From: Podarcis vaucheri
Taxonomy: Eukaryota
Length of the DNA stretch: 64,000 nucleotides
NCBI GenBank assembly: GCA_965113315.1
Contig: OZ220364.1
Strand: one strand, 5' to 3'
Position numbers and translations under genes: made by a program. Shown here one piece after another: positions 48,567 through 62,789 of this stretch (its first letter is position 1; each line of letters starts with the position of its first letter). The notes under the pieces are model-generated. The model saw only the letters and a program-made list of their open reading frames with translations, ran no database searches and had not been told where the DNA came from.

Positions 48567-51500
48567 TTATAACTATCAGAGATACAGCTAACAGGAGAGT
48601 TTATAGAATACAGCTTTCTAGCCTGTGCTTCATTTTTCCTCAGCAATATGTACTACGATTCAAGTTCTTTTGGGAGGTAGCTCTTTAATTTAACTGAAGG
48701 TTTTGCTTCTCTCATCTGCAAGTTAAACAGCATTTAAGCCAGAACCGCTGACAAGTATTTCCTGTACAGCTATAAGAAGGTCTTTTGCAATGAGTCAGGC
48801 CAATTTTCATCTCAGCCTCCTATGGCCTGCAGTAGCTCGCCAGAGAATCTTAAGATGGCTTTGGGAACAACATAGGATGGATGGAAGAAGGGGCTGTGCA
48901 CCCTCAACTGCCATTTTGTGTAACATCCAAACAATTTGTGAGCATCACATAACATTGGTTATGTTTAGGTTCTGTGGGTTTTTTTAATGAATCTTTGTAA
49001 GGTCAGGTGTTTTGCTTTGTTTTTGAAAAAAGAGAGCATCAAGTGGCCTTCAGTTTGGGTCAAGAGGCCTCCATCTTTAATACCATGTTTTTAGAATCTG
49101 GTAGGTGAGAGTTAAAAGATGGACGGAGAAGGCATAGTGTCTAAGTCACGTTTAGTCTGCTACAATTCCCTCTTCCCCCCAAAATAGTATAAAAGCTACT
49201 GCCTGATAGATAGATGGAAGCCTTGGAAGCTGTTCAGATTGCTGCAATTGATCATAGTCATTTGACACCCAAGTTCCTTTCCCCTTATATTTACTTCAAC
49301 AGTAAAGCTTTTTGAAATATCGTCCATGTGCAAGGAATCAGAAGTATGAAAATAAAGGAGGTAGCACTGGGTCACACCTTCAAGCCATAGCCAAAGAAAA
49401 ATGTGCTGTCACCAAGCCAGGCAATTAATCTCACTACATTTAAATCTGCCTGTCAATTTCTAGACTATACTCATTAATATGCTCTGCAAACATGTTGCAG
49501 CACTGTGGACCACTAGAATCAACTAATGGAGGCTGGTGTGACCCACAGTGAATAAATTTGAAACACACAATTTTCCTGACCACCCCCAATTTTAATCTGA
49601 TTTTATTCCAAGGTGGGGTTTTAAAGACTTGGACACTATACTATCCATTTGACATTTAGCCTGCAAGCCTATGAAGGCTTATTTGGGAGTGAGCCCCACT
49701 GAACGTGGTGGGACTTCTGAGTAAGCACGCACAGGAGTAGGTTCCTAGTTTTCCATATGAGAAGTGTTCCAAAACAACAGACGCCCAGTTCATTAGCCAC
49801 TGTTATGTTGTGCCTTTCCCAAGAGACTGCCATAGTCTGAACTCAAAAGATCAAGGAAAAAATAGTACTCCAAAAACTGTCAATCTTCTAAAAACTGGCT
49901 CTAGTATCAGTTTTCAGTATTCCACAACAGAAGTATGTCCAAATATATTATATTAAGTGCTAAATATGAAAGTTGTATTAGCATCTAAAAATTATGTGTC
50001 AACGTATTGCACAACACATAATAAAAGACAGACCTCAGCTCAAACTGCTGATGCTACAATCCTGTTGCCTTACATAAACTATCTTATCAATTCTTCCTTT
50101 CTCACAGAATGACTAAAACTATAGGATTCCTCCCCAGTTCTCTCTTACCAGCCAGCATCATACCCAAGTTCTGCATTACATTTCTATTATAAAAGCTAAC
50201 TAAAATGATACAGAAATATAATTCCATCTAACCTCCATTTCCCAGAATATTAAATATATTTTTCAGAAGGCCATAGTAACACTGCAATATTATAAGGTAG
50301 ATGAGCAGATAGACTTGTGCTTTTGCATGTGCAAATACCAAAACAACAGTATAGTGTAATAATTAGCAGTAACATTTTATGTCACTAAGCTTGCAGGAGC
50401 ATCTACAGAATATCTGGTTTTAAATTAGATGCAATTATCTTTTCTCCCCTGCCCCCACACTGAACTCACAAAAAATATTGGGTAACAACATGTTTCACTC
50501 TGTCCCATCACCCAGATGTATTGGGATCATGGAAAGGGTGTGCTAACTTGAACACTATTCACATGCTGGTTGTTTTCTACATAAACAGGAACAAGGTAAG
50601 GGGTGGAATCGTTGTCTGTGGGAGGCAGGAAATCCATCCCATCCCCTATAGGCACAAAGGGTCACCGTGTTACACCAGAAGACTAATTGCTAAATAATTA
50701 CCAAAAAAGAAAAGGAAAATGAAAGGCTTTAAAACAAAGCAACTGCAGCTCAGCATGGGTGGCAGTTTTGTCTGACATTCAAAATGGCCATTGAACACCA
50801 TGTCGAATAACTGAAAGAGATGGGTTTAAATTCTACTGCGTAGATCTGGTGAAGTCACTGTCTCTCACCCTTAGTCTCCAACCAGTTAAATGGGTTAATA
50901 TTTACCATTTATACAAAGTGCTTCGCATACTGTGATTAACGATGACAATGTTGTGTAAATGAAACAAATTCCTGCAGGGAATTTATTAGCCTCCTGCTTG
51001 CCCTCTTCCTAACACTAACAGACTACTCCAAGCACCCTAACAAGGGTACATTTCTCAAAGTATACTGGGAAGAAGCTGCCACGGCTTTCAGGGGGTTTTG
51101 TGTTAACGTGCCTCCTTTGTGAAGAGCTGGCTCCCATAACACGTGCTGAATTTTGGCTGAGGAAACCAGCATTGACTGTAGGAGCTCCTGAAGTTTGCTC
51201 ACGGCCACTTTTGCTTCTCCCCAGTCTGTTTTTCTTTCTGATGAACTGTGCTGAACTAAGTCATGATTTTGCTTAGCATGTCATCTGAACTGGAACTCAT
51301 GCTTAAGGTCATGATTAGCAAGAAGAGAGCTTAATTGCAAGCTCGGGGCTCATAGGCAACACAGTAAGCGAAACCTTTGTTTTTGTTTTGTTTTTTTTTA
51401 AAAGGAGTAAAAGAAGCTGCACATTCCTTTCCAGAAGTCCACAGTGTTGTGAAAGCCAGGTCAATTGGTCAGTTCCTCCTTAGTGGGCAATAACTACTTC

Positions 51501-52781
51501 ATGAAAATTCTGCAAGGTCAAAGTTAACGACCACAAAGTAAATGAGATGTTGAGGCTGCAAATCCTATGGACCTTTACCTCTGAACATAGCGAGAATTAG
51601 TTCAGAGTAAGAATGCATGGAGTTCAGGCCTAAGGCATTTTGCTGCTTGAGGTCAAGGGCAAGATGAAACTCCTTCTTCCTTCTATATATGGAAGACAAC
51701 TGGACTGACAGCTGAATCACCCTAGTAAAGGGATAGCAACCTCCACAACACTTGGGTTGGGGGCTAATTTGTGGTAGGGTGGGCTGTGCCAGGAGAATGG
51801 CCCCAACATCCGCTGCCCAAGGCCTCACTTTGCCAGCCCTGATAGGATTGTACTACGAAATAGTGTTTATTAGCCACCATTGTGCTACAGAAAAATTGGG
51901 GTGGGGAATGAGAAATCACAGGGATGTTTCAATTCACGTAAGCAAGATGGCAACCCAGTTAGCAGCAGACTTAACAAGGGCCATGCATTCAGGGCTTCTG
52001 GCCTTTTCCGAGACAGCCACAAATATCAGAGTGAGCAAGAAACTGTGGCTTCTAGGAAGCAGCTGCTTTCAAAATCCCTGCCCCCAGTATGCTGCTGGAT
52101 TGCAATCTGGTGCTTCACTTTTTATTTACACACAGTTTAAACAAGGCTCTGGCATAAAGGAGAAAAATGCTTTGGAAGGAATGCATTGAGTGAGAAAGGT
52201 AAATAATGAGTGGCCTGATCTTCAATTATTTTCTTTTTAACAGCTATCAGGACTGTATATAATTCAACTGCACTTCTCAAAGATGAAATCCATGAAATCC
52301 AGAGCAGAAGAGAAAGGGGGGGAGTAGAACAGTGACTGTTTATAGTTAATTTGGCGAGGGGGTGGGGAGATACATAGCTTTCCTACTTGTTATGTTAGTT
52401 TATTTCTGTGCCACCTTTTGTCCCAAAAGGCTCTCACAAGAACTAACAAAGGCAATCACAAAATTCAAGCAATAAAATACAGCAAAAGATTAATATCTCA
52501 ACAACATATCATATTTGTCATATCTATAGTTCAGAAGAGGATTATTTCCCTAGAAAACGTCCATGGGTCATAGGATTTCAGGCAGAGATCAAATGGAGTT
52601 TAGCAAATGCAATTCAGAATACAATTCAGCTGGGCCTCTCTGCAAAAGCTGAGAAGAAGAAATAAGTATTATTATTTAGGCCAAATCACTATGTCCATTT
52701 ATGGCACCCACATGAAGAATTAAGAAATAGTACCATATGGTTACACATGCTGCAAGAAACAGAAAAAGAGGACAAGAACAT

Positions 52782-52945
52782 AAAGTCTTGTTGCACCTTG
52801 AAGGCTAACAAATTGCATTGTGCCATAAGCTTTCATGGACTAGAGCCCACTTCACCAGATGCTTCAGATGAAAGCTTATGCCATAATAAGCTTTGTCAGT
52901 ACCACAAGAATTTTGCTGCAACAGACTTGTAACACAGCTATCCTT
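52782..52945. mobile_element. Older Penelope-like inverted remnant with a degenerate hammerhead
   Basis: gtcttgttgcaccttgaaggctaac...cataagctttcatggactagagcccacttcaccagatgc...gaaagcttatgc...gctgcaacagact. A further decayed piece lies at about 53192-53340. Confidence 0.65.
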
Positions 52946-54099
52946 GCCCTGTCAAATGGACCAAAAGTGCTCCTTCTCTAGGCTGTCTTGCATCTCACCA
53001 TATGGCAAATTATAATGTGCATACATTATTCAAGAATGGAATAGTGGTGTCTTTGTAGCCATACAAACCAGAACTACTGAAATGCAATTTGGAAAGCTGA
53101 TCTAGGACAAGGATTAAATGTGTGAAGCCTCAGCTCTGTCAAGTATATGGAGCAAAACACACACAAAACTACAGCTCCTCCTCCCCAACAACAAAGTCTT
53201 GTGACACTTCAAAGGCAAATAAATACAAGTGAGCTCTAGTTCACAAAAGCTTATAACTCAAATTCACCCATAATTTCTCTTACTATACTGAGACTCTTTG
53301 GGATTTATTGCAACAGAGTGATACAGCTTCTCCTGTTGAACTTATTGCTCTTGAATTTGCTAGTAGCATAGATGGGAATACTGTAGTTCAAAATGTGGAA
53401 TAATCTTAAGCAATTCTTCTTAATTCTTAAGCCCTGCAAAAAAGGGATTTCCCTTCTCTCCCCCCCCTGCACCCCCCAAAATTAGCTGGGGGTGGGTCAG
53501 GATAACCCCCTGCAGAACAACACACAGCAGGAGAGGGGGGGTCATTCCATCCAGCAAGCTGAAATATTTGTGTTGTTGGAATGTTTGGCATAATGCAAAG
53601 TGGAATTCCTCCCACTATAAATAGACTTGTTGGGTGCAATAGTTCTTTTGCAGCAAAATCCTATACGTATTTGTTTGGACGTAAGCCCCACTGTGTTGAA
53701 TGGAGTTTTCTTTCACGTAAGGGTGCAAAAGGATTGCAGTTTTAGAATCCTTTAACTTGCATCTAAATAAGCTCAGCTTTTCAGTCTTCAGGGCATGATG
53801 CAAAAGTACGGTAACTCCTTTTCAGACCTCTATTTGTACAAAATGGAAAAAGATTTCTGGAGGATAAAGCTATCAGTGGCTACTGAACATGATCACTATA
53901 CCACAGTATGCGTGCTAAGAGGAAGGCACGTTTGGCAAACCCTCAACATGATCAACTCCCACCCAGAAACTCCCACTGTGGAAGGACGTGTGGATCCAGA
54001 ATTGGCCTCCACAGTCACTTACAGACTCACTGTTAAGACCGTGTTCATGGAAGACAATCTTACTCAGCTACAAGTGATCACCAAAGAAGAAGAGAAGAA

Positions 54100-55199
54100 G
54101 CTGAATACCAGCAGCTGGGGGGCAAACAGCAGGACAGGGCTACTGTGCTCAAGTCCCATTTTGTTGGGGTTTTTTTTGTTTTTTTAAAATAATATTTATT
54201 AATTTTCCAACAAATGAAACACAACACTACAAAAAACAAAACAAAAAAAGCATACAATACAATACAGTACAAAAAACACTACAAAACACTAACACATACA
54301 ACTAACAAAACAAAACAAAACCCATTTATAACACAGTCCAATTTCAATATCTTATCTTTCTTTCACTTATTTCCATGACCACCTCACACCTCCCTTTTTG
54401 TATTCCACTTCTATTAATTGCTTCAGCAATTCCTTTCCATCTTCCTCTGTTTTCTATCCTATAATTATCTTAACACATTCTAACCTTATTTTTCCCTTTA
54501 ATACTCTATTAATCTATTTATACTTAATTCCTTATAACATTTCTACTAAATCCATATAACTTCATTCCAACATTTTTCTAATATTCATTAATTTTACAGT
54601 ATTTCTGTAAGTAGTCTTTAAACTTTTTCCAGTCTTCTTCCACCGATTCTTCTCCCTGGTCTCGGATTCTGCCAGTCATTTCCGCCATTTCCATATAGTC
54701 CATCAACTTCATCTGCCATTCTTCCCAGGTGGGTAAATCTTGTGTCTTCCAGTACTTCGCCATGAGTATTCTTGCTGCTGTTGTTGCATACATAAAGAAA
54801 ATTCTATCCTTCTTTGGCACCATTTGGCCGACCATGCCCAGGAGAAAGGCCTCTGGTTTCTTCAAAAAAGTATATTTAAATATCTTTTTCATTTCGTTAT
54901 AAATCATCTCCCAGAATGTCTTAATCCTTGGGCACGTCCACCAAAGGTGAAAGAATGTACCTTCAGTCTCATTACATTTCCAACATTTATTGACGGGCAA
55001 ATGGTAAATTTTTGCAAGCTTGACTGGTGTCATGTACCACCTGTAAATCATTTTCATTAGATTTTCTCTTAAGGCATTACATGCTGCTCAAGTCCCATTT
55101 TGGGCTTCCCAGAGGCATCTGACTGGCTACTGTGGGAACAGAATGCCAAATTAGTTAGGTCTCAAATCCAGCAGGGGTTTTTTTTGTGTGTGTTCTTAT
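54100..55199 (+). mobile_element. Old CR1-type 3' end split by the L1 insertion
   Basis: Removing the L1 and one TSD restores aataccag...gggcttcccagaggcatctgactggctactgtgggaacagaatgc...atccagcagggg...tgttcttat. Confidence 0.6.
54164..55084 (-). mobile_element. 5'-truncated L1-clade LINE (ORF2 C-terminus, 3' UTR, poly-A)
   Basis: ORF 54578-55057 carries a CWKC...GTFFHLWWTCP zinc knuckle. AATAAA on - at 54195-54200, A-rich tail, perfect 18-bp TSD tgctcaagtcccattttg at 54146-54163 and 55085-55102. Confidence 0.92.
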
Positions 55200-58100
55200 A
55201 GGAGACGGTGGGGGGAAATACTTCACTTTAATCGAACTCAAAATTAACTAACGTTATTCCAGAACGCAGGGACGGACAGCCGTCCTTTTGACGTAAAAAC
55301 AATCATCCTTTGTCACCAGAAAAAGCAAGCAAACAAAAAAACACAAAAGCTGCTGAAGTTTCAAGCACAAGTTGCGCCTTTGCTAAAGAAAGCTATTCGC
55401 TGAAATGGCTCTCTTACAAAACTCCTATTAGGAATGCCTACTTTGCCAACGGGAAAAAGGGTGGCTCGTCTTACACCAGAACCCTGGCCTCATTAAAGCT
55501 TAATTGAAAGGAGCAGCAGGGGGAAGAGGGCAGACTAGAGTTCTGTGGGTGGATGCAAGCAGTGCCTATTCCCCCCCCTCCGAAGGACATTTAGAGGTTG
55601 TGGAAATACACCCCCATTGTGTCACAAATGTCACCTGGACAAGCCCCATTGAAAGGGCAAGAATCAGTGGGCAAGAAATGGGAACACAGCTCTACACCCC
55701 ATCTTTGGCTCTGCTGGTTACCACTGATCCGCTTATGTGTCACAATGTCTTGCTTCTTAAAAACAAAAACAAAAAACCTTTGTCTATCATTTCAGTATCC
55801 CCAACGGAAGGGTAAAATCTTTGACGTATTTCTGCTACATACGAAATATTATAGACGTTGAAGAGTCATATGCTCTAAACCTGAATCCCGTGGTTAAAAT
55901 CTCAGTTCAACTATGAAGTTCTCGTGTGAAAATAGCATGCTGCCATATTTCCTCTTTACTGATTAATAATCTTTCTGGGAAACATTATATGACTTCCACT
56001 CAAATGTTATTTTTAATGACAAATGAAGTTTAAAAATTTAAGCAATTTAAATGATGCTCAATGAGTTCTAATTTTCATTTCTTGGCTGGGTGCAAACATT
56101 TTCCTGTCATGTTCCTATTAAATATTGCCAATACCTACTGATTTATAGCCTGGATTGGATCCTGAGAAGCACAGCCAGAAGGAGGTTGGCATAAGATGGG
56201 GATTTTCCATCAATTCCTCCCGCTGAAAAGCCTCTTTTGAGGATTTAAGGGTCTTCCTGAATGGAGTGGTCTGTGGCGTGTGAGGTGGTAATGAAAAGGG
56301 GGATACAACTAAAAATCAGGTGGAGGAACCTTCTATGAGCAGTTACAGATAGGGAGCAGTTACAGATTTGAGCAGTTTTGCAGGGGCCTGCAGAAGATAG
56401 GAGGGATGGTTAAGTCATCTTCTGCCAACCCTCTTCCATCAGAGCTACTCAGCATGTAAACCTCTGTTTCTTAGGACTTATTTCCAAGTCAACATGGCCA
56501 AACTACTGGCGCCACAATGGGAGAAAAAGCCAGCAGATGTAAAGACCTTTGGGTCAATTTGGCCCAACCTCATATAGTGTCATTTAGGTATGGCCACCCC
56601 GTTACTTTTGCTTGCATCAGACGGTGGCATGCTGGAAGTCTGATTAACTTTAGAGGGGATTGTTCATGTTTCTACAGCTGGTCTGCATACCTAAGTAGAA
56701 CCAGGCCATGTTTTGTTCTAGCTCCACATTCCTGAATAGGCAAGTGCAAGGCTAATAGTCAAAAGACAGAGCACCACACATGGGCCGGTTGTTTTAGATT
56801 TTAGTCAGTTTTAGTACACTTAACACAATAAGACTGTTTCTGAAACATATTCATGCATTAATGAGTCTAAAGATAAGTGCCCAAAGGAAAGGCGTTTCTT
56901 GAGAAAACTGCCAATTTTGAGATGAAGGTTATTAGGCAATAACACACAGCTGTTGCACCTCTGGGACGTGAGAGTTCAGCTGTTCCCTCTTAGAATTAAT
57001 AAAACAAACCATGAACTACTGACAAACATTTATACTGTTCAGACAAAATGCACCAGGGCCTCTAAAGGAAAATGAAGTGCCTCTGCTGATCTCAGTAAGG
57101 GAAGAGTCACAGCCCAACAGAACCAGAAGTAACCATTTAGAGGGGCTTGGGAATGTGATTGTTTGTGTCTAACTTTTAGGTACAGAAACCCCGATTTCTG
57201 CTCCTACTGCTGCAAACCTCTGAGACCTGTACGCATTATGCAGATTGCTATATATTTTCTTCTCTTAGAAAATATACTCTGCTAGCCAAGCTGTACCCCT
57301 TGAACACTAAAAGGTTTGTTTAATTCCTTCCCTGGGAGTGGAATTTTCCAATGTATTACCTACCGAGTATGGTATTGCTATGCTGCTACCAGGACACAGT
57401 GGTGGATATTTATTTTAATTGTCCCACTCATTTTTAAATGCCAGTGTAGATTATGGGGAAAGGTCATGGCTCAGTGGTAGAGCAGAAGGTCTCAGGTTCA
57501 ATCTTCCTGTCTCAAGGGAGAAGGACAGTCAGTGCAGAGAGGAGGTGTAACGTAAGAGTCCTAGCAGTTTACTTTAAAGGGCTGGATAAAATGTCATGAA
57601 TGATCAATAGGAGATGTTGTTCCTTCTTGAGGTCAGTAACCCTGGTTCTGGTTTCTCAGTATGATGCTGACAAACCAAGGCATTGATTTTGAAGCTTGTT
57701 CTGTATAGCACTTACAAATCACCCTATCTTCAACCAGCAGTGGAGGCCATTGCCATCATCTTCAACAAGGCTTTTATTTACACACCTAATGTATTTATGC
57801 CTTTGACATCAGTGGGATCAAGCTGTTTAAATGCACCCACACAGGCTTTTCAGCATTGTTTATGTCACATCCTGTGCATTCAGAGCACTTTCCCTGGCAA
57901 TCCCACTGATGTTACTAAGCCTCTTTCCGAGAACTGGCCTTGAGGACTGTGCCTGTATTTTAACAGCTCAGCAAGTTTTAGAGGCATGCTTCATCAGAGT
58001 CATTCATTTATAAGATTTCTTACCACCATAGGTTCCCAGGGCGGGTAGCTACATGGGAGGGAGAGCTGGGGCAAATAAAGAGGGCTGGGTAAGGATGTCA

Positions 58101-59899
58101 GAAACTCAAATCTTTGCTTGCTCTCCTATGAAGCTCACTGGGCGTGTGGCTTTGGCAAAATTACTCTCACGCCCAAGGATGTTTTCAAACTAGAGTGCTT
58201 CTTTGACTTTGCTGGAAGAAAGGCAGGACACAAATACAACAAATACAAGTTAATCCTGTCAGAAGTCTCCCTGTCATTGAAAGGACAAAGGGCCAAGCTA
58301 GAGACACATTAAAACTTACCCATACAGAGAGAACGGGAAGATTGAATCAGGTGTTAAAGACTGCCGGTTCCCATTGTGCATCTGTAATGTTTGGAACCAC
58401 TAATCCCATGAGTCTCCCCAATGTGTGGAGAGCTCTCACGCCAACACTGTTTATTCCTAGGGGTTGCTGGTGTGGTAAAACACTCCACACAATTAAGGAA
58501 AGTCACATCATGAGTTGCTCCAGTCACAAAGAGGCTATTTCTGGTACCCTCAAACATGCAGTAAGCATCATGTCTACAGTAGTCCTCAAGAAACTGGAGG
58601 AGATGGAACTATTGTATGAAATTTTTCTTTTCCACCAGCCTGTTTTTCCTCTCAGCACTGTACCAATTCTTCTAAACGATGTACAAATTTATTATTCCTC
58701 TGCAGCCAACAGAGTGCATCTGTTCATAAACAGCATACTATGTAGTCTAAATTAGCACAGCCAATATATAAACTGCTTTTATTTGCTTAATTTCAGTTCT
58801 TTTTAATCATCTATTCATCTTGGGACTCAAAACACCACATCAAACTATTAAAACATAAGCAGAGTGATTTGCCATTTAATATAAATAAATGTATGCTATA
58901 TGGGGAACTTCTATGGAGAAACAAGACTTCTACATTACTAATAGTTTAAGAGATTAAATTACTTACTGTAAGCTGGTCTATGTACAGAAAATTATTCAAA
59001 TTTAGAGCAAAATGCTTCACATTTAGGAAACAAACCAAAGCTAATTTTTTTGCCACATTCAACCCACGTGCTAACTTGCTTCTCAGAAGCCTATTAGGCA
59101 GATGAGCAGAGTCTAATGAGTCCTGACAGTCATGCAGAAAATGGCATCTCTCTACCTTTGAAAAACACACATACACAAACTGTATAACAAGACTTTTTGG
59201 TAAGCACCACACACACAAAAACAAAACACCCCAAATGCTCAGTAACTGCAGAAATAAAGTTTAAAGAGCAGACAACAAAAATGAATCACACACGACAGTA
59301 CAACACTACAAGAAGATCAGGAATGAAGGGGGTTTCAGTCTTTAATATATCAAGAATTAAGCTCGGGGAACAATTCAAGAAAAAGAGTCTGAGATGCAGA
59401 TCACTAGCAACTGAGAGTTTGAAAGAACATTAAGTTAAGTTGCTGATTTGTATTAAGAAAAACATATATGCAGAAACTTGAAAGGTTTCCACAAACCATT
59501 TCTAACCACACACAGAAGCAGGAAGTAAAGGTTTGAAAAGGTTTTTTGGGTTTTTTTCAACCCACCTCTCTTAAGTATGTAAAAAAAGAAAGGATGTAAA
59601 CGTGGCTATATCTGTGTGTCCAAATGTTTACCACACTAAGGAAATCTTTCTGCTGTAAAAGGAACTACAGTATCCCTGTGTCACACCAAGAGCCATTTCC
59701 ACTCTTTCTTTAAAAGTTTCACTTCTGGTTTACTTTGTCTGGCTTTAGTTTCTATAGAGGATTCTGGTTGCAAGTTCCCAGTGACAAAGACCAGTTTTCA
59801 TACCAGGGATCATTAGGAAAGGAACTGAAAACAAAACCACTCTTCATACAAATCTATGGTGTAATCCCACTTGGTTTATTGTGCTTTTATTCTGGTTGC

Positions 59900-60010
59900 T
59901 GTACCTCAAAGAAGACATTGTGGAACTGGAAAAGGACAACCAAAATTATCAGGGGGCTGGAAAAACTTTCCTATGAGGAAATGTAATATTTGAGGGGGAT
60001 TAGTTTAGAA
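59900..60010 (+). mobile_element. Decayed CR1 ORF2 fragment
   Basis: LKEDIVELEK...TTKIIRGLEKLSYEE remnant, frameshifted. Confidence 0.65.
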
Positions 60011-60249
60011 CAGCAATGGGGAACCTCCAGCCCACAGCTTTAATTCATCCTTGCAGGGGTCCTAATTCCCTACGCCCATCTTCCCTGTATGCAAGGTCAG
60101 GTAGGATGTGTGCAGGCAAGAGAAAATATGTAACCTGACATCACGATGATGCCAGGTGGGTGGCAGTTGGGTGGCTATTTCAGTTTTAGAAAAAGAATAG
60201 AGGTTACAATCCTAAAGCCGTTTACCTGAGGGTAAGCCTCAATGAAGAC

Positions 60250-60577
60250 CAGTGCTGGATTACCAAAAGGCAGAGTAGGCACCGGCCCCATGCTTTTTAG
60301 AGGCACTGCAACAACAGATCAAAATAATATTGATTTGATCTTGAAAGAAAATTACAATCAAACTTTCTTAGTGCAATGTTATCCAACTAGAGCACACATA
60401 TGAGAAACCTCCAGATACAAACCTTTCTGTGTGTGTGTCGCGAGTTCCCGCCAACTCCAGATCCTAGTAGAATATTCGCAAGTAGCCCATTAGAAGCTTT
60501 GAGATAATTTGTGAGCCCCCCCCCCGGAGATTTCAACTGCCTAGGGTCGGTCCCCCACAGGGTTTAATCCAGCACTG
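60250..60577. mobile_element. hAT MITE nested in a short palindromic repeat
   Basis: Perfect 13-bp TIRs cagtgctggatta / taatccagcactg; 8-bp TSD atgaagac / atgaaaac. Confidence 0.88.
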
Positions 60578-62789
60578 ATGAAAACAACAGGACTTACTTC
60601 CGAACAAACATCTGCAGGATTGTACTGCTGAACTGCTGCTCTGTCCTCAAGCCAAGCAGAGCGAGAGCATCAGCCACCTTATCCTCTCATCTAATACCTA
60701 TCTTTATGACTGGCTACACCACACCATCATTAGCTGAAGGTGGAGGAGTTCAGAGTTCACAAAACCATCACCTGCCCATCAGGAAATAACATCTCTGTCA
60801 TCGCTTAAAAGGGAGTGAAAACTTTCATTTGGAAAATTATGGCCTGAGTTATCTGTACACAAAAACCTAATCAAAGTGTCCTTGAAGGATCAAAAGCTCC
60901 GATAAGCATTTACAAGGACAGATGATACATCGAGCAGAAGATAAGTGGGAGATCCTGGCAGGCTCTGCAAGAGGCACAGGAAAACATAAGGAACAGAATA
61001 TACTTCAGAGGCTAAGAAATGTTCTAGTAACATACTTCACTTACGTCATCCCCCAAATGCTGCTAATATCCTCAGCAAAAAATTCTCTTATTAAGGAATG
61101 CACAGCTTACAGTCAAATGTATACAGGGCTTAAAATACCAGAGCTAAGGAACAATTGGTCCCACCGGCTCCACACCACTGGGAGGACTTAGTTGTGTGCC
61201 TACAGCAGGGAGGGAGTGTAAGGATAGAATGTTCCCCCATGTATTGACCACTACTACTGAATGCAGGTCTCAGAGGCTCCTTTGCCTTCCATAAAACTGA
61301 TCTGTCTTCTCTTTCACCTTCTCTGCAGCATGAGTGTGTGAACATTTGTGTACTCTTCTCAGTGGAAGGACGGGTATTTTTCATAAAAAGAACAACTGAT
61401 GCACTCTGCAGGAGAGTCCTCCTGCAGATACCATCCTATCAGTAGTTGCATTCTGTTGGATAGGAGAACTGGGCTTGTGGGGGCACCTGCCCCTTAGAAC
61501 TCCTTCCCATTACACATCAGACAGGTGCTGTTGCTATCGTGCTTCTGGGGTTTTCAACAAGCCTTTTACATGAAGATCTTTCTCCCAGGTTAAATCTGTA
61601 GTGGGTTTGAAAATGGTTTTACATATTAAATTGTTTTATGCATGGAATGGTTTTTAATCGGTTTTACATGAGAGTTTGATTTTTGCATATGGAACTGTTT
61701 TAAATTGCTTCATTCCTCATGTTCTTGCTGGGAAATCACTTTTAGATATTTTACAGGCATCAAATAAATAGACAAAAGTGAGCTAGAGGGATTAATGGCC
61801 TCTGACTCAATATAGGGGGCGCGTCATAGGCTAAATTCACCTTTATTGGAAAATATATACTTTCCCCACACTCAGCTGCCCCAAATATAAGACAGTATAC
61901 AAGCAATAGCTTTGGTGCCTGTTGCTTTGCACTGTATAAATATGCACCTAAGCAAGCATGTGAAATAGGAATCTCAAACAAGAGGCATACAAAAATCCTG
62001 TGACTACCTCCTAGCTCCAGTTCCAGAAGGCATAGGCTGATCCCATAATTCATGAGGCAGTGATGGGGACAGGGAGGAGGAGAGATTGTGCAAGGAACCC
62101 AGCGGAGAGCATAGTAATTTGGTACATGCTTTATTCAAAGGACAAAATCTTTAAAAGTGAGCTCTTGATTAGCTTTTTTCTTTCTTTCTTCAAATGCAGA
62201 GATGCTTATACTATTCCTTATTGAGCCAGAACACCCAGAATCTACATCTATGCACAGGTATGCTGAGGAAATTACATTTTTCTAGAGGTTTTGTACATTA
62301 GTTGAAACCTCCCCTCATTACCACCACTACAAGTCTTGTCACATTGTGCAATAACACAAAATACCAGAAGTGCAACGCAGTGTGAGGACAATTATCCTCA
62401 ATTATGATAGTTCTACACAGAGAGAGATCTTCTGAGAAGTTCATGAAAATTAATATGCACTTCTTTACTTAAAAAGTGCCTACTTTGCAGCTGTCATTCT
62501 TTGTTTACATGGCCAACTGAACAAAGACTTTGCATATAAAATACATAAATCACTCTCAGAACCCTTAAAAAGTTACTTCCAAAGTTGGATCAGAATGATG
62601 AATCAGTGTAAGGGAAGGGAAGATAATATGAAAAAGTGCCCGGGGTATAGATGTCCACATGTGTTGAATCAAGACATTTCCAAGTCAAGAGGCGGAAGAC
62701 CCAATGAGTCACAACTCAATAGGGAGGTTACCTTAGTTAAACAGTTAGGGCCTACTGAACTAATGAGGCCTTCTCTTGAACAGAAGTAA

